A stretch of 63,730 bases of DNA, the filler included, from Rhabdomonas costata (taxonomy: Eukaryota), in assembly GCA_019059605.1 (NCBI GenBank). It is 58 parts of 58 records of this genome, joined end to end, with 100 filler letters (N's around TTAATTAATTAA, not from the genome) between each part and the next. Parts side by side here need not be neighbours in the genome. Positions count along the whole stretch, not along the records: positions 61,631 to 62,630 come from JAHMHO010034484.1; positions 62,731 to 63,730 come from JAHMHO010034485.1; 56 more parts are not named here. The stretch is one strand, 5' to 3'. Shown piece by piece: positions 61,531 through 63,730 of this stretch. The notes under the pieces were generated by a model. The model made no database searches and was not told the DNA's origin. It was given only the letters and a program-made list of their open reading frames with translations. Positions within the stretch are counted from its first letter, which is position 1; every line of letters starts with the position of its first letter. A program made the position numbers and the translations under genes.

Positions 61531-63730
61531 NNNNNNNNNNNNNNNNNNNNNNNNNNNNNNNNNNNNNNNNNNNNTTAATTAATTAANNNNNNNNNNNNNN
61601 NNNNNNNNNNNNNNNNNNNNNNNNNNNNNNGGGTAAGGCCCGGTGCTGGGGAAAGGAAAAGAAGGCAACCCCCCTCCCCCGCCAGTTATGAAGCAAGTAA
61701 CACTTCAAAAGTAACAGAATAGTGCGCAACAAATGCCGATATGTTAATTTGATGATATGTAAGTTTTTCGCGGTGACTTTCAAAGGCTGGCCTTTTCCGG
61801 CGTTGGAGATTCTGTTTTTACCGTCAAGCCGTCAGTTCTACCTTTGCCCCGTAAAAAGCATCTGCGCAACTATAAGCAACAGTTGAGGGGTGCTAAGAGG
61901 CGGTGAGAATTAAGATGCTGGCCAGAGATACAGTAGCAACGGGGCCGGTGCCGGATAAGAACAGATTAGAATACGGGTGGCAGTTAAGGTCTGGGCTACC
62001 GTTAATACGTTAATAGAGAAAGGAGGAGGACTACAAGAACCAGCCACATCCATGAAACTTGTGAATTATGTCACCGTTACCGATGGCAAACTCATTGTCT
62101 GCATTGTCTGCGAGGTAAGTGTGTGAGGGGGAAGGACAAGAATTATGGTTACGCTCCACTACGAGCGAATGGCTCTGAACTATGTAAGTGGGTGGGTGCC
62201 GGATTTGGAGATTTGTGTTATCAAAAAACGATTACCACTCTCCGTAGCCGCTCAAGCTGCACAGACGAGTGAGGATAGGAGGAATAACAATAGGGGTGCC
62301 ATGTTATGGTTTATTAAGATGCTGGAGAATTGGTGTAATGGTAGTGTTCCATGACCACAACGACAGAAGCCCGTCACTTCACTTCGAGAGTAGGGGTGAT
62401 AATTAGGGTGGCACGGGAACGTAGCCTGTGGCGCCTTTCTGCGTTGTATGGCCCAACAGAAAAACGGTAACCACTCCCCTCTCCCAACAGCAAAAGTAGC
62501 CGCTCATGCTGCAGCCACAGACGAGGTCATACGAGCAATGAACCGTTAAGAGAAGAGAATACGAGTATAAGGGTACGGGTACGGTTTGGTGACAGGTTGG
62601 AGGTGGAAGGTAATGGTGCTGCTCCCACAANNNNNNNNNNNNNNNNNNNNNNNNNNNNNNNNNNNNNNNNNNNNTTAATTAATTAANNNNNNNNNNNNNN
62701 NNNNNNNNNNNNNNNNNNNNNNNNNNNNNNACCGCAGCTTTCTCGGAGACGTATCGATGGCTTTGCTGTACACCGAAATGGCTTAAATTTACGTTTCTGG
62801 GCCAGAGAACCAAAATTATCAGTGGCATTGTAAAACGCGGACAATGGGTTTAGAATGACCACGTATTACGGGTTGCGTTTTTTTTCTGGTACTCAGAAGG
62901 TTTCTATGAGCGGGAGTGTGCTTGAGAGCTGAGCGGAAGCCATGGGGAGCTTTCAAGACTCCATGAATGAGTAGTTGCCGATGTGGTGTTGATGAAAAGT
63001 CCATTTTCTATAACAAGCCACTGAACTGCTGAGTACTAGTGTGTGTGTGTGTGCATGGTTTAAATAAACTTCCAATATTTGCACAAGTCAACAACTCACT
63101 TCTGCAAGCGCCAGGGCAGCTGCGTACACGCAAATGTATACCGGATGTTACACCAGCGCTTTTACCACACATAAGTTTGAGATCTCTTACACTAATGAAC
63201 ATTTAATAATGTCGTGTTGTAGTACTGCCACAATTATAACAAAGTCGTTGTAGACAAAGCGCGAGCCAACGAAGAAGTTAAATCCATAATTTCGGCGTTT
63301 TTAGAGTAAATGCGGCTAGTGACGGCATGTTGTTACGTGCCGTGTGCTATCCTGATAATATTTCACTATGCTAAAACTTGCTACTTTTTAACAGCGTTAA
63401 GAATTAAAACATTTTGATTATTTTCAGCACATATCTTGCATTGTTGTGCATATACTTAGTAGGAGATGTTAAAATTAGTGTGACGTGGCAACTTTTACAA
63501 CCAGTTGTTGGCAAGGCTTATCTGCATTTTCGACAGAACGTTATATAATCAGAGCAATACCACGACGCAGAATGAGGAATTTATAAACGTGTTAATTTCT
63601 TTACTCAGATGTGTGCTAAAACATTGCCACAGTGCCACAACCAACAAAAGCCCTCTCTATCTGTAATATTATAAAACTCCAGCTCTGTGAGTCACTTAAA
63701 TTTCAGTGATTTGTAATCCTGTGCGGAAAT

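Noticed and set aside
62145..62210. RMALNYVSGWVPDL resembling an EAG/CNG channel segment
   Set aside because: Too short, with no clean exon boundaries or supporting motifs.
1046..62686. Regularly spaced TTAATTAATTAA as a CRISPR-like or biological repeat; ORFs ending in X...LIN
   Set aside because: Synthetic six-frame-stop linker embedded in Ns.
1..63730. Any multi-gene system inferred from adjacency (e.g. ART + cyclase + RT)
   Set aside because: Neighbouring contigs appear ordered roughly by length, not genomic position; adjacency carries no biological information.

Overview
This is not a contiguous locus. It is 58 unrelated contigs of about 1.0 kb, joined by 57 artificial 100-nt linkers (N44-TTAATTAATTAA-N44), so no synteny can be read across linkers. 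Most contigs start with G/T-only bases and end with A/C-only bases, and about 12 carry terminal fold-back inverted repeats. Both patterns point to a whole-genome-amplified single-cell assembly. Most contigs come from an intron-rich (GT-AG), flagellated microbial eukaryote; a euglenid/euglenozoan is plausible but is inference only. Recognisable exons: epsilon-tubulin, CFAP43, ULK4/RUNKEL, an alpha-kinase, VPS13, a midasin-like AAA module, GH81 beta-1,3-glucanase, sterol glucosyltransferase, class III adenylate cyclase and receptor N-termini, a receiver domain, an ADP-ribosyltransferase-like domain, a DEAD-box helicase, ankyrins, a U-box and an alpha/beta hydrolase. There are also Ty3/gypsy and CRE-like retroelement remnants and microsatellites. 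The most unusual signals are: (1) a retroelement leader carrying an array of about 6 LTR-end + tRNA-iMet primer-binding-site units; (2) one very AT-rich, intronless two-ORF contig with a Mimiviridae-type AAAATTGA motif; (3) a (TTAGGG)7 tract in non-terminal orientation beside a double F-box ORF; (4) a MITE-like inverted-repeat element inside an intron. No multi-gene system can be established from this window. All protein calls are motif recognition by eye, not database results.
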